A stretch of 32,000 nt of DNA, from positions 870,001-902,000 of the forward strand of contig CP066689.1 in assembly GCA_016432445.1 (NCBI GenBank), written 5' to 3'. Source of the DNA: Candidatus Saccharimonadota bacterium (GTDB lineage Bacteria > Patescibacteriota > Microgenomatia > UBA1406 > GWC2-37-13). The notes below the pieces were generated by a model. It did no database searches, was not told the DNA's origin, and saw only the letters and a list, made by a program, of their open reading frames with translations. The position numbers were made by a program, and so were the translations under genes. This document shows positions 1-9,806 of this stretch, piece by piece (the first letter of the stretch is position 1; the number at the start of each line of letters is the position of its first letter).

Positions 1-1
1 A

Positions 2-1225
2 GATTTCATTTATGAAAGATCCCCTATAGATATTGCCGTCATTGGTGAAGGAGAATTGACATTAGAAGAAATATTAAAGCTTGACGAACTGAGTCTTAAT
101 AACTTAAAAAAAATAAAAGGTATTTGTTATTTTGACCAGAAACAAAAAAAGACTATCACGACAGAAAGACGTGAATTAATTAAAGACTTATCAATACTTC
201 CCATGCCTGCCTATGAGGATTTGGATATGACTTTTTATGCGAAACCCAAAAAAAGAGTCATCGGATATGCATATTATTCAGTTGTTCCAGTTTACTCTGG
301 AAGAGGTTGTCCTTTCCGATGTAATTTTTGCGCCGCCAACAGTGTCTGGGGTAAAGGATTATCCCGTAATCATGCCGTCGATAGAATAATTGATGAAATA
401 CAAATGCTTGTTGAAGAATACAAAGTAGATGCTATTTATATGATTGATGATACTTTTACTTTAAGCAAAGAAAGAGTTTTTGAATTTTGTGAAAAAATTA
501 AACCTTTAAATATTGTCTGGGCGGCTCAAACTAGAGTAAACTGCATAAACGAAGAAATGATCAAAAGAATGAAAGATGCCGGCTGCACTCAGCTTACCTT
601 TGGAGTTGAAACAGGATCTCAAAGAATGCTAAATCTCACCAAAAAAGGAACGACTGTTCAACAGGTACGTGATGTTTTCAAATGGTGCAAAAAACACAAT
701 ATGAGAACATTTGCCAATATGATGTTTAATCTTCCTGATGAAACAGAAGAAGACGTAAAGTTAAGCTATGAGCTTTATAAAGAAATTAAGCCTGATGATT
801 TTGGAATGGGTCTAACCGTAGCTTACCCCGGAACTGAACTTTATAATCAATATTTTAAAGGTAAGTTTGATAAAAGCGAGTATCATCTTTTAGCCAGAGC
901 GCGATCCTTCGGAGCAGGCCGATTCAAGCTGGCTAGACATAACTTAGATCCTCAAGAGCTACTGGTGGATTTTAGAATTAATCTAAAATTACAGCATCTA
1001 TTTCCTTTATCAGCAAGAATTATTTTTTCAAAGGAATACAGGGATATGATTAAAAGATCTTATTATAAAAAGGATTATATAAAAAATATTATCAGTGATC
1101 TACCAAATGTTCTTGTAAGATCATCGGGAACGCTTTTTTATAATGTAATAAAAATCTTCCCCAAGGTCATTAGACAGCCGGTTATTGTTCTTGCTAACAA
1201 CGTCGGACTAAAATTCGCTAACTAA
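2..1225 (+). CDS. Radical SAM protein with N-terminal B12-binding-type domain (5' end cut by window edge)
   Basis: The reading frame stays open back to nt 2 (..DIAVIGEGELTLEE..), so the TTG at 56 is not the real start. Canonical radical-SAM cluster motif GCPFRCNFC (CxxxCxxC). Confidence 0.75.
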   Translation, partial: DFIYERSPIDIAVIGEGELTLEEILKLDELSLNNLKKIKGICYFDQKQKKTITTERRELIKDLSILPMPAYEDLDMTFYAKPKKRVIGYAYYSVVPVYSGRGCPFRCNFCAANSVWGKGLSRNHAVDRIIDEIQMLVEEYKVDAIYMIDDTFTLSKERVFEFCEKIKPLNIVWAAQTRVNCINEEMIKRMKDAGCTQLTFGVETGSQRMLNLTKKGTTVQQVRDVFKWCKKHNMRTFANMMFNLPDETEEDVKLSYELYKEIKPDDFGMGLTVAYPGTELYNQYFKGKFDKSEYHLLARARSFGAGRFKLARHNLDPQELLVDFRINLKLQHLFPLSARIIFSKEYRDMIKRSYYKKDYIKNIISDLPNVLVRSSGTLFYNVIKIFPKVIRQPVIVLANNVGLKFAN

Positions 1226-1232
1226 TACTACG

Positions 1233-1241
1233 TGATATAAT
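1233..1241 (+). promoter_or_regulatory. Extended -10 box TGATATAAT, 6 nt upstream of the ATG at 1248
   Basis: TGATATAAT at 1233-1241, then ttctta, then ATG. No Shine-Dalgarno sequence in between. Confidence 0.4.
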
Positions 1242-1247
1242 TTCTTA

Positions 1248-2747
1248 ATGAAAATAGTCAAGAAATTATATGAATATTTTCCTTTAATCTTACTTTTAAT
1301 AGGTGGTTTTTGGTTCCGTTATGTTGGAATTGTCAAAAATCTTTCATTTTGGAATGATGAAATCCATACGGCTATTTTTTCAAGAGGAATCTTATGGTAT
1401 GGTAAACCTGTTACGGAAATTGGTACCGGCACGGGTCTCTATCAGCTACCTTTGTATTATATTACAGCTTTATCTTTTAAAATTTTTGGTATTTCTGAGT
1501 TTGCAGCTCGGATACCTTCAGTCATTGCAGGAACGTTCTTAATCGCCATTGTATTTTTTATAACAAAAAAAATTATCAGTACAAAAGAAGCTTATATTGC
1601 ATCCTTTTTAATTGCTTTTTCCCAAATTCAACTTGCCTGGTCTACTCAGCTTCGTCCTTACATCTGGATTGAAATATTTACATTTATCGTAATGTTTCTT
1701 TGCTACCGTAACATAACAAATAAAGTTAAGATCATTGATAAATCTATACTTATAGCTATTCTCGTGGCATTAACTGCCTCTTTATTTCATGGAACCGGCT
1801 TGATAAATATATTCTTAGTAGCGACAACGATTTTCTTTAAAAGCATAATAAACAGGAAATATTCATACCTTATATTAATAATACCGTTTGCTGTAGTTTC
1901 CTCGTTTATCTTTTATTTTTCTTTAAACAAAATTATCCTTAGTATGCCTTGGATATGGATGATTAGATTTGATACCTTGCATTACCAAGTTTTCTTAAAA
2001 GCTAACTATTCATGGTTAATTTTAGGTGCAGCTGTAGGCTCTGCTTATCTTTTATTTAAAAATAAATTATTATTTATATTACTTACGGCTTTTGTTATTA
2101 TCATATTTGCTTTTGCTATTTTTAAAGTTAATCCTTACTATGTCCGCTATTCCTTGCCTGCTTTCCCTATTTTATATGTTCTTTTTTCAGCTGGTATAGT
2201 TCTTACAGCTAAGATACTTACTTTTTTAGTTAAGAATAATTTCTGGAAAAATATTGTTTTTTACTCAGCTATCATTTTGATTCTTTTTCCAGTAATAAAA
2301 CCTAATACCAAGATTAAGTTTATACCTTCTTATTACTACACAATAAATGGCGATATGCGCGAAAACCCGATTGTTGATTATAAGAAAGCTTTTTTAATAA
2401 TAGAAAACCTTATAAAAGGAAAAAATAGTGTAATTATAATGGACGCTATAAATGATAGAACTCCATGGTACCTTCCAAAACATAAGTATATATACCTAGT
2501 TAAAGAACCTTTATTTAAGATCGACCCTCAGTTTGGAGAAAAAACTCTCTCTAGCATTAAAGAATTTGAACAGGAGAAAACTAAATATAAAAGGGGAGTC
2601 ATACTCATAGAAAACTGGGAAAGCCAAACTTCACCGGACTTACAAAATCACATTAGAAACACTCTGAAACATGAGGCTGATGTTAATAATCTTCCTTACA
2701 ACGAGGCAGATAGATGGAGTGTCAGCATTTACAGTTGGGGATTATAA
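1248..2747 (+). CDS. Polytopic membrane glycosyltransferase, GT-C fold (GT39/ArnT/PMT-like)
   Basis: 499 aa with many hydrophobic segments followed by a soluble C-terminal part. An acidic FWNDE motif lies after the first TM segment, as in ArnT/PMT-type enzymes. Located in the glycosylation cluster. Confidence 0.55.
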   Translation: MKIVKKLYEYFPLILLLIGGFWFRYVGIVKNLSFWNDEIHTAIFSRGILWYGKPVTEIGTGTGLYQLPLYYITALSFKIFGISEFAARIPSVIAGTFLIAIVFFITKKIISTKEAYIASFLIAFSQIQLAWSTQLRPYIWIEIFTFIVMFLCYRNITNKVKIIDKSILIAILVALTASLFHGTGLINIFLVATTIFFKSIINRKYSYLILIIPFAVVSSFIFYFSLNKIILSMPWIWMIRFDTLHYQVFLKANYSWLILGAAVGSAYLLFKNKLLFILLTAFVIIIFAFAIFKVNPYYVRYSLPAFPILYVLFSAGIVLTAKILTFLVKNNFWKNIVFYSAIILILFPVIKPNTKIKFIPSYYYTINGDMRENPIVDYKKAFLIIENLIKGKNSVIIMDAINDRTPWYLPKHKYIYLVKEPLFKIDPQFGEKTLSSIKEFEQEKTKYKRGVILIENWESQTSPDLQNHIRNTLKHEADVNNLPYNEADRWSVSIYSWGL

Positions 2748-2755
2748 TAAAATAA

Positions 2756-4030
2756 ATGATTAAGAAAGGCATATTGATAACTATTATCTTTGTTATTTCT
2801 ACGTTTATTCAGCTATTAAGCCAAATCATTATTACCCGTATATTTGGCGCCAAGCTTGATATTGATATTTTTTTGGCAGCTGTAGCCATACCAACAATTG
2901 CAGTAACTGTAATTTATGGAACCTTAAATGATGCCTTTTTACCTCTTTATGGTGAAAAAAAAGCCAGTAATCCTGAAAAATCAGATGAATATTTTATTTC
3001 CAGTTTAATTACATTAGGAACTATTTCTTTCGTAATCGCTTGGATATTTAGTTTTTTTACTAATCCAATAAGTGCTTTCCTTTATGGAAATAGGGGAGAA
3101 GAGTTTGTAAAGAATGTAGCTGTTCAGATGTCTTACATGTCTTTCAGTCTTCCTCTTTCTGTAATCGCCACTTTATTAGGAGCTTATTATTATACCCACA
3201 AAAAATTCAGTCGTTTTCCTTTTGCCCAACTTATTGGCAGTCTAACTAATTTATTACTTATTGTAATTCTTGCCCCTTATTTGGGAATTTTTTCACTGGT
3301 TATTGCTTTTGTTATTAATATTTTTTTTCAGATAATTTTGGTTATTCCTAAAGCTATTATTAATTTTAAATTTAAACTAGTAAATGTCTTACCTTTGTTT
3401 ATAGCTTGGATACCATTAATTATTGGTAATTTTGCACTAAGAAGTGACATTCTTTTAATGCGGTCATTTGCTTCCAATCTGCCTGAAGGCTACTTTGTTT
3501 ATCTAAACTTAGTTTCCAAAATTTTTGCCTTATCAACCAGCGTCATGACCATTGGTATTCAAGTTTTACTTTTACCCCATTTGGTTGATTATTTTTCTCA
3601 AAAATTACACGAAAAAGCCATTGCCAATGTTGCAAAAGCTAAAATCATTGCTGTCTTTATATCCATAATTGTTACGATTTTACTAATTTTATTAGCTCCT
3701 CTGGCTATTAATATTCTTTTTGTCGGAGGAAAATTCTCTCAAGAAGATGCCAGAATAACTATTTCACTGCTGCCTTTATTCGTCTTACCGGCAATAGGTT
3801 GGGGAGTTAACGCAGTTTTTTTTCAACCCCTTCTGGCTTTAAGAAAGCAGTATCAGCTTGGATTAATTAATATTTTTGCTCTATTTATAAGCTGGACTTC
3901 TGCATGGTTTATTAATAAATATTTAGGACCACTTCCGGCAATTACCTGGGGTTTGATAATTCTCCTGTTTACTGGGATAATAGGAAGTGAAATTCTATGG
4001 CATTATTACAAGAAAAAACTCCTATCTTAA
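2756..4030 (+). CDS. murJ: Lipid II flippase, MurJ/MviN family (MOP superfamily)
   Basis: 424 aa polytopic protein. N-terminal region RIFGAKLDIDIFLAAVAIPT...GTLNDAFLPLYGE matches the MurJ signature pattern (fGa..daF..A..iP......Ga...aFiP). Confidence 0.65.
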   Translation: MIKKGILITIIFVISTFIQLLSQIIITRIFGAKLDIDIFLAAVAIPTIAVTVIYGTLNDAFLPLYGEKKASNPEKSDEYFISSLITLGTISFVIAWIFSFFTNPISAFLYGNRGEEFVKNVAVQMSYMSFSLPLSVIATLLGAYYYTHKKFSRFPFAQLIGSLTNLLLIVILAPYLGIFSLVIAFVINIFFQIILVIPKAIINFKFKLVNVLPLFIAWIPLIIGNFALRSDILLMRSFASNLPEGYFVYLNLVSKIFALSTSVMTIGIQVLLLPHLVDYFSQKLHEKAIANVAKAKIIAVFISIIVTILLILLAPLAINILFVGGKFSQEDARITISLLPLFVLPAIGWGVNAVFFQPLLALRKQYQLGLINIFALFISWTSAWFINKYLGPLPAITWGLIILLFTGIIGSEILWHYYKKKLLS

Positions 4031-4791
4031 GTATCATCATCCTTAATTATCACACTGAAAACTTAGTAACTGATTTATTGAAAAAACTAGGACAAGAAGA
4101 GGATGTTGAGATCATCTTAGTTGACAATAATGAAACTGATAAACTTCATAACCTTGTGTTAAAAGATTATTCGTATGTTAATTACTATTCATTAGAAAAA
4201 AATCTTGGATTTTCCGGAGGAAATAATTTAGGTATAAGTAAAGCAAAAGGGGAGTGGATACTTATTTTAAACAGCGATACTTTGGTTACGATAGATACAA
4301 TAAAAAAATTAATAGAAAAAACTGCAGAACAAGAATATTTAGCTGCTTCACCCAAACTTATTTACGGTAATGGAAAAATACAAAATAATGTTGCTTATTT
4401 CGATTCTTTTTTACGTGATCCAATAAACTGGTTGCTGGCCCGCCCCCGATTTTTAGATTGCAGCAAGGTTTTAAACGAAACTAAGGTGAATTTCGCGACG
4501 GCTGCTGCTTTACTTATTCATCACTCAGTTTTTCAAAAAATAGGAATACTCGATGACAAAAACTTTTTTATGTATTTTGAGGATTTGGATTTGTGCCAAA
4601 GAATGCACCAAACAGGCATTCCTATTTTATATATACCGTCTATTTCTATTATCCATTTGGAAGGAGCTTCTGCTAATCAAAATCCAACTCAAAAAAAAGT
4701 TTATTACAGCCGGGGACTTAATAACTATTTAAGAAAACACAGGGGAATATTCATTGAAAAATTGAACAAATTATTTCCTTTATTTAAGTAA
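3997..4791 (+). CDS. Glycosyltransferase family 2
   Basis: LSIIILNYH..., VDNNETD, NLGFSGGNNLG, ILNSDT and FFMYFEDLDLCQR are typical GT2 (GT-A fold, rhamnosyltransferase-like) blocks. Overlaps the murJ end by 34 nt. Confidence 0.75.
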   Translation: MALLQEKTPILSIIILNYHTENLVTDLLKKLGQEEDVEIILVDNNETDKLHNLVLKDYSYVNYYSLEKNLGFSGGNNLGISKAKGEWILILNSDTLVTIDTIKKLIEKTAEQEYLAASPKLIYGNGKIQNNVAYFDSFLRDPINWLLARPRFLDCSKVLNETKVNFATAAALLIHHSVFQKIGILDDKNFFMYFEDLDLCQRMHQTGIPILYIPSISIIHLEGASANQNPTQKKVYYSRGLNNYLRKHRGIFIEKLNKLFPLFK

Positions 4792-4792
4792 T

Positions 4793-5626
4793 ATGAACAA
4801 AAAAGTAAGCATTATTATCACGGCCTATAACGAGAAAAAAAACATTAAAGATTGCCTTTTGTCTCTAAAAGAACAGGATTATCAACCTCTGGAGATATTA
4901 ACCGCAGACGACGGCTCAACTGATGGAACTTATGAACTAATAAAATCACTGGGAGTCGCTTGTTTTAGGCTTTCTCATCAAGGGACAGCTAAATCCAGAA
5001 ACTATGCAGCTAAAAAAGCAACCGGTGAAATTTTAGTCTTTTTAGATGCCGATATGCACTTTGAAAAAAACTTCATAACTAAGCTCGTTGAACCTATTAA
5101 TGAAAGTCGAACTAAAGGCACATTTTCACGCCTTGAATATGTCAGCAACTGGGATAAACCGCTGGCCAGATGCTGGAATAGAAATAATAATCCACCGCTT
5201 CCTGATAAACTGCGCATTCCACAAGATAAGGAAGAAGGAGATGATTTTAGAGCAATATTAAAATCTGAATTTGAACGGGTTGGCGGATTTAATAATGTGG
5301 GTTATACCGACACCTGGACTTTAAGTAAAAAATTAGGTTATAAACCCATAAATGCGCCTGGGGCTATTTATTTTCATAATAACCCTGAAACTTATTCTGA
5401 AGTTATCAACTCTTCCCAATGGATAGGTAAACGCCAATATCGTCTGGGTAAAATTGGTTCATTAATAGCAATCATCAGATCATTTATTTTATTTTCATTA
5501 TTTAAAGGAATCGTAAAAGCTTTAAAATATAAAGAAGCTACCTTTATTCCGTTTCAAATAATATATGATTTGGGAATCACAGCAGGAGCATTCAGACAAT
5601 TCACTTTAAATGAAGTAAAAAAATAA
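4793..5626 (+). CDS. Glycosyltransferase family 2
   Basis: VSIIITAYNE, DDGSTDGT and FLDADM motifs (GT-A DxD). Confidence 0.75.
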   Translation: MNKKVSIIITAYNEKKNIKDCLLSLKEQDYQPLEILTADDGSTDGTYELIKSLGVACFRLSHQGTAKSRNYAAKKATGEILVFLDADMHFEKNFITKLVEPINESRTKGTFSRLEYVSNWDKPLARCWNRNNNPPLPDKLRIPQDKEEGDDFRAILKSEFERVGGFNNVGYTDTWTLSKKLGYKPINAPGAIYFHNNPETYSEVINSSQWIGKRQYRLGKIGSLIAIIRSFILFSLFKGIVKALKYKEATFIPFQIIYDLGITAGAFRQFTLNEVKK

Positions 5627-5628
5627 AC

Positions 5629-6606
5629 TTATTTTTTGCTTAATCTTTCCAAATCAGCATCCACCATCATCTTTACTAATTCATCAAAGCTAACCTTAGG
5701 CTTCCAACCTAAAGCTTTCATAGCTTTTTCCGGTCTTGATTTTAGGTTAGGCACTTCTGCTGGTCTTTTATATTTAGGATCTATAACAACATATTTTTCC
5801 CAGTCAGAAATTCCGGCATACCCAAATGCTTTTTCTGCAAATTCTTTAATACTGTAATTTTCACCAGTGCCGACGACATAATCATCAGGCTTTTCCTGCT
5901 GGAGCATAAGATACATTGCTTCAACATAATCTCCAGCAAACCCCCAATCGCGTCGTGGTTCCATATTACCCAAATGAAGATCTTTGGCTAAACCAAGCTT
6001 AATTCTAGCAATGCCATCAGTAATCTTTCTGGTAACAAACTGAATCCCTCTAATTGGCGATTCATGATTAAAAAGAATTCCGTTTGAAGTGAATAAATTA
6101 TACGATTCTCTGTAATTAACTGTAATCCAATAAGCGTACACTTTAGAAACACCATAAGGGCTTCGCGGGTGAAAACAGGTATTTTCATCTTGGTAGCCAC
6201 TGGTATGTTCTATTCCAAACATTTCTGAGGTTGAAGCTTGATAAAATTTTGTAGTAGGAGAAAAAAACTTAATCGCATTTAAAAGAGAAAGTACGCCTAT
6301 AGCATTTATCTCCGCCGTTAATCTCGCCTGCTGCCATGATGAACCCACAAATGATTGAGCGGCTAGGTTATAAATTTCATCAGGCCTTATATTCTTAACA
6401 ATATTAATGATAGAAGACTCATCAGTCATGTCTCCCTCCAAATAATCAACCTTATTAGTAATTCCGACATAATTAAGATTTTCGAAATTAGGATTAGAGT
6501 ATCTTCGTATCATGCCGTAAACTTTGTAACCTTTTTCAAGAAGAAGTTTAGCTAAATAAGGTCCATCCTGACCTAGAATACCAGTTATTAAAGCTGTTTT
6601 ACTCAT
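5629..6606 (-). CDS. gmd: GDP-mannose 4,6-dehydratase
   Basis: N-terminus MSKTALITGILGQDGPYLAKLLLEKGYKVYGMIRR closely parallels the Gmd N-terminus. SDR Rossmann fold plus a YxxxK-type core (YGVSKVYAYW). Confidence 0.9.
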   Translation of the reverse strand: MSKTALITGILGQDGPYLAKLLLEKGYKVYGMIRRYSNPNFENLNYVGITNKVDYLEGDMTDESSIINIVKNIRPDEIYNLAAQSFVGSSWQQARLTAEINAIGVLSLLNAIKFFSPTTKFYQASTSEMFGIEHTSGYQDENTCFHPRSPYGVSKVYAYWITVNYRESYNLFTSNGILFNHESPIRGIQFVTRKITDGIARIKLGLAKDLHLGNMEPRRDWGFAGDYVEAMYLMLQQEKPDDYVVGTGENYSIKEFAEKAFGYAGISDWEKYVVIDPKYKRPAEVPNLKSRPEKAMKALGWKPKVSFDELVKMMVDADLERLSKK

Positions 6607-6676
6607 TAAAATATATAAACTAATAAATCAATCTTTTTATTATCTTATTTTTATTTCAATCTGTCAAATATTTATT

Positions 6677-6685
6677 TGATAAAAT
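6677..6685 (+). promoter_or_regulatory. Extended -10 box TGATAAAAT, 6 nt upstream of the ATG at 6692
   Basis: TGATAAAAT at 6677-6685, then gagtaa, then ATG. No SD sequence. Confidence 0.4.
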
Positions 6686-6691
6686 GAGTAA

Positions 6692-7972
6692 ATGACTCCG
6701 AGATTAATAGCGTTCTTTAAAAGACCCACTAGCCGCCACGTAATTATTAATACCTTGGGAAACTATCTAAACGTTTTTTTTTATGCTTTTTTTGCCTGGA
6801 TTTTAGTCCGCATTCTTACACCTTCCCAATACGGAGTCTTAAGCGTTCTTTTGGGCATAGCTTATGTATTAGCTAATGTTTTGGATTTTGGAACAACAGC
6901 CACAATTTACTCTTATCTTCCAGCTCTTATTGAAAAAAAAGACCAATATATATACCGCTTTATTAAAAGCACTGTTTATTATCAATCCATCTTTTCTCTT
7001 ATTGTTATTATCATATTATTAATTAGCTTTCCTTTTCTTGATCAAGTATTTTTTAAAACCCATGCTCCTCAATGGTGGCTTTATATAACAGCTATCTCGG
7101 TTTTATTCCTTATCTGGCAAAATTTCGCATTAAATATTCTTTTTGCCGCCAAAAAATTTCTCCATGCAAATATTTATTTAAACCTAAGTAATTTTTTGAA
7201 AACAGCTGTCATTTTACTTCTTATGACTTATAAATCCATAACTGTTGGCACAGTACTATTTGTTTTTGGTATTCTAGGACCTCTTATTTTTTTCCTTTTT
7301 CTCTTCATAGTCAAGAAGGATATAATTTTTGTACTTTTAAAGTCTGAAGTTAAAAGAGAAGATTTTAGATTTGGCTATACTTTAACTTATTTTGCTGCTT
7401 CTCAGTTTCAAAATTTAGGATTGCGTATGGATCTTTTTCTACTCTCTAACTTAAGAACTCAAGCTGAGGTCGGTTATTATGGCCTTTCTCAAAAAATCAT
7501 TCTTACTATTATTACTACAATAATAAGCATTACTCAAGTATTATCTCCGGGTTTCTCAAAGATAGATAATAAAAAAGAAGCTAAATCCCAACTTAAAACT
7601 GGTTTTCTTTATTTACTTGTTCCTTCCGCCTTGTTTTTAACCCTATTTTTTTTACCAAACTCAGTTTATGAATTATTTTTTACAGAAAAATTTGCCCAAA
7701 CCGCACTTATCACTAAAGCATTAAGTATTCCTTTTATTATCTTCTCATTAAGTAATCTACCTATTCTTTTTATTCTTTACACTGCTAAAAAACCTATTTT
7801 TATTCTTATTGCTAATGTTGTTTTTTTTGCAGCAATAACAATTGGTTGCTATCTCTTAATTCCTAAAATGGGAGTCTATGGCCCACCTTGGGCGATTGGG
7901 ACAGCATTAGTAATGAGCACTCTTACGCTTATTTTTTATACAATAAAAGAATATAAAAAACTTCCTAGTTAA
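6692..7972 (+). CDS. Polysaccharide/oligosaccharide flippase (MOP superfamily, Wzx-like)
   Basis: 426 aa with about 12-14 hydrophobic helices. Architecture and context of an O-unit flippase. Confidence 0.55.
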   Translation: MTPRLIAFFKRPTSRHVIINTLGNYLNVFFYAFFAWILVRILTPSQYGVLSVLLGIAYVLANVLDFGTTATIYSYLPALIEKKDQYIYRFIKSTVYYQSIFSLIVIIILLISFPFLDQVFFKTHAPQWWLYITAISVLFLIWQNFALNILFAAKKFLHANIYLNLSNFLKTAVILLLMTYKSITVGTVLFVFGILGPLIFFLFLFIVKKDIIFVLLKSEVKREDFRFGYTLTYFAASQFQNLGLRMDLFLLSNLRTQAEVGYYGLSQKIILTIITTIISITQVLSPGFSKIDNKKEAKSQLKTGFLYLLVPSALFLTLFFLPNSVYELFFTEKFAQTALITKALSIPFIIFSLSNLPILFILYTAKKPIFILIANVVFFAAITIGCYLLIPKMGVYGPPWAIGTALVMSTLTLIFYTIKEYKKLPS

Positions 7973-7974
7973 TG

Positions 7975-9390
7975 CTATTTGGAGATTTTATAAATAGTAA
8001 TCTTATCAGTTGAATAAATTTTGTTATCTATAAATTTTTCTTTACCAAATTCCTTTGCCTCCCAGCTGTCAAGATTATTAATATTAAAGTTTGGAATTTC
8101 AGAAAAAATATATAGAACTTGTGATTTTTTATACTCAAACTCTAAATTAGGAATAAATCCAGCTTTCCTTAAAAAAAAACGATACTCAAATCCATTAGGT
8201 GATAGTAAATCCGGATTAGTGATCTGAATTACATTAAAAGAGTCCTCTTTTTTGATAATATTGTTTTGAATCAGCGCTTGAGCCGCTTTTTCATAAGTTT
8301 GAACTGATCTCCATGTAGGCTGGTAATAAGATTTAGGGAAATAAATAATCTCAAACAGCAATATAGGTATAAGCACTAAAGTTAACTTACTTTTTATCAA
8401 AACAAAAATAAAAACAAAAAAAATAAAAAAAGTCACTGAAAAAAGATAATGGCTAATAAACTGATACCTTAAAGTTAAAACTAAAAGAAGTAAACTTAAT
8501 AGTGAACAAATTACCAGTATCCTTTCTTTCTTCATGTTCTTTTTGATTAAAACAATCGCGCTTCCTAACAATATCATTAACAACGGATTAATAAGTATTA
8601 ATTCTTTTATCTGTGAAGATAGAAAAAAAATATTATCTATAATGTTTTTCTTACCAGTTAAACCTCCAGGAATATTCTTATTGTTAACCCAATATAAATA
8701 AGATTTATCAATGAAAGTATTTTTAAGCATTATAAAGTTATGTTTTATTTCAAAAAGAATAAAATAAGAAAAAGGAGCAAACAAACCGATAAAAAAGTAA
8801 ACAATAATTCTTTTATGTTTTAAAAGATAAAAAATAAACAAAGTAACAAATGGAACAATGAGAAGATTAACCAGATGAAAAGTAGCTATAATACCAAAAC
8901 CTATACCTATGAAAAATAGCTGTTTTTTTGTCTTTATCTCTGTGAAAAAAATATATGTTAAAAGAATCATCAGAAAGGGAAGATACGAAAAGGCATTACT
9001 TGGGTTTCTTGAAGCAGAAAGATAAAAGGGAAGGAACACAAATACTAGTGAAACTAAAACTGATTTTCGTAAAGATAAAATTGCGCTTATTTTTTTAAAT
9101 AAATAGCCTATGGCTGCTGCAAACAGGAAAGCATTAAAGTATAGAAGGGCATTAATATTTAAATTAGTAATATACAATATTGGGGTAAAAAGGTAGTAAT
9201 AAAATGGCCCTGAATAGATACCGCCAAAAGTCAGCTTTGGACCAATTAAAGTAATTTTTCCCTGGGTAATTTTTAAAATATCATAAAGATCCCGGGCAAA
9301 ATCAGGATTAAATACAAAAGAGGAGGGGAGTTTGTAGGAGAAAATCAGAAATGAAATAATAATAACCCCCGCTCCTACAATAAATCTCAT
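7975..9390 (-). CDS. Polytopic membrane protein, probable GT-C-type glycosyltransferase
   Basis: 471 aa with many TM segments followed by a soluble C-terminal ~110 aa. Located in the glycosylation cluster. Confidence 0.45.
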   Translation of the reverse strand: MRFIVGAGVIIISFLIFSYKLPSSFVFNPDFARDLYDILKITQGKITLIGPKLTFGGIYSGPFYYYLFTPILYITNLNINALLYFNAFLFAAAIGYLFKKISAILSLRKSVLVSLVFVFLPFYLSASRNPSNAFSYLPFLMILLTYIFFTEIKTKKQLFFIGIGFGIIATFHLVNLLIVPFVTLFIFYLLKHKRIIVYFFIGLFAPFSYFILFEIKHNFIMLKNTFIDKSYLYWVNNKNIPGGLTGKKNIIDNIFFLSSQIKELILINPLLMILLGSAIVLIKKNMKKERILVICSLLSLLLLVLTLRYQFISHYLFSVTFFIFFVFIFVLIKSKLTLVLIPILLFEIIYFPKSYYQPTWRSVQTYEKAAQALIQNNIIKKEDSFNVIQITNPDLLSPNGFEYRFFLRKAGFIPNLEFEYKKSQVLYIFSEIPNFNINNLDSWEAKEFGKEKFIDNKIYSTDKITIYKISK

Positions 9391-9396
9391 TAGTCA

Positions 9397-9402
9397 ATTA
9401 TA
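9397..9402 (-). promoter_or_regulatory. -10 hexamer TATAAT, 6 nt upstream of the ATG at 9390
   Basis: The minus strand reads ctaTATAATtgactaATG. Confidence 0.35.
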
Positions 9403-9440
9403 GTAGATTTAATTTTAATGAGCCGGAGACGCAAATTATT

Positions 9441-9455
9441 TTGAACTAATCCTGT
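9441..9455 (-). repeat. Degenerate copy (12/15) of the tRNA-Gly 5' segment
   Basis: The minus strand reads acaGGATTAGTTcAA, against tRNA-Gly GCGGGATTAGTTTAA. It lies about 105 nt downstream of the truncated GIY-YIG ORF in the same orientation. Confidence 0.3.
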
Positions 9456-9560
9456 TTGATTACTTATCTCATTTTAATGATCTTATGGAAATGTATTAAG
9501 CTTGGGAAATTATAAAAAAAGGACAATTACTAAAAGATATCGCAAAGAAAGCAAGGAGTA

Positions 9561-9734
9561 CTACTTAAGTTTTTCGAAATATTCTTCCTTAAAAAGTAAT
9601 TTGAATGGTGCTCGATATTTAGTTGATTTTGACCTACCTGAGTTATGTTGTTCAAATCGTCTTTCAAAATTATCAGTATAACCCACATAGGTTTTTTTGT
9701 CCTTCAGACTTTGGAGGACATAAACGATAAACAT
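9561..9734 (-). pseudogene. GIY-YIG nuclease minigene, C-terminally truncated (57 codons, below the ORF-track cutoff)
   Basis: Translates to MFIVYVLQSLKDKKTYVGYTDNFERRFEQHNSGRSKSTKYRAPFKLLFKEEYFEKLK*. The VYVLQSLKDK stretch matches the 19279 copy. It stops before the conserved C-terminal helix region. Confidence 0.6.
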
Positions 9735-9743
9735 ATATTGTAA

Positions 9744-9782
9744 GGAGCGGGCCGCCCGCCCTTTGGGCGAGGCGAGCCTCGC
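9744..9782 (-). other. GC-rich hairpin pair preceding the truncated GIY-YIG ORF
   Basis: Minus strand: GCGAGG-ctcg-CCTCGC, then GGGCGGG-cgg-CCCGCTC. Sharply GC-rich in an AT-rich background. Confidence 0.45.
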
Positions 9783-9806
9783 TCTTTTTTGTGAAACAAA
9801 AAAGAG
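9782..9806 (-). other. Perfect 11-bp A/T hairpin abutting the tRNA-Gly 3' end
   Basis: CTCTTTTTTGT-ttc-ACAAAAAAGAG. No U-tract follows it, so it is not a canonical terminator. Confidence 0.3.

Noticed and set aside
9319-9332. agaggaggggagtt, resembling the tRNA-Leu 3' end (agaggagggagtt), as a possible attR for an island starting at tRNA-Leu
   Set aside because: The exact match is only 9 nt followed by an indel. It lies inside the coding region of the 7975-9390 gene, so it is most likely chance.
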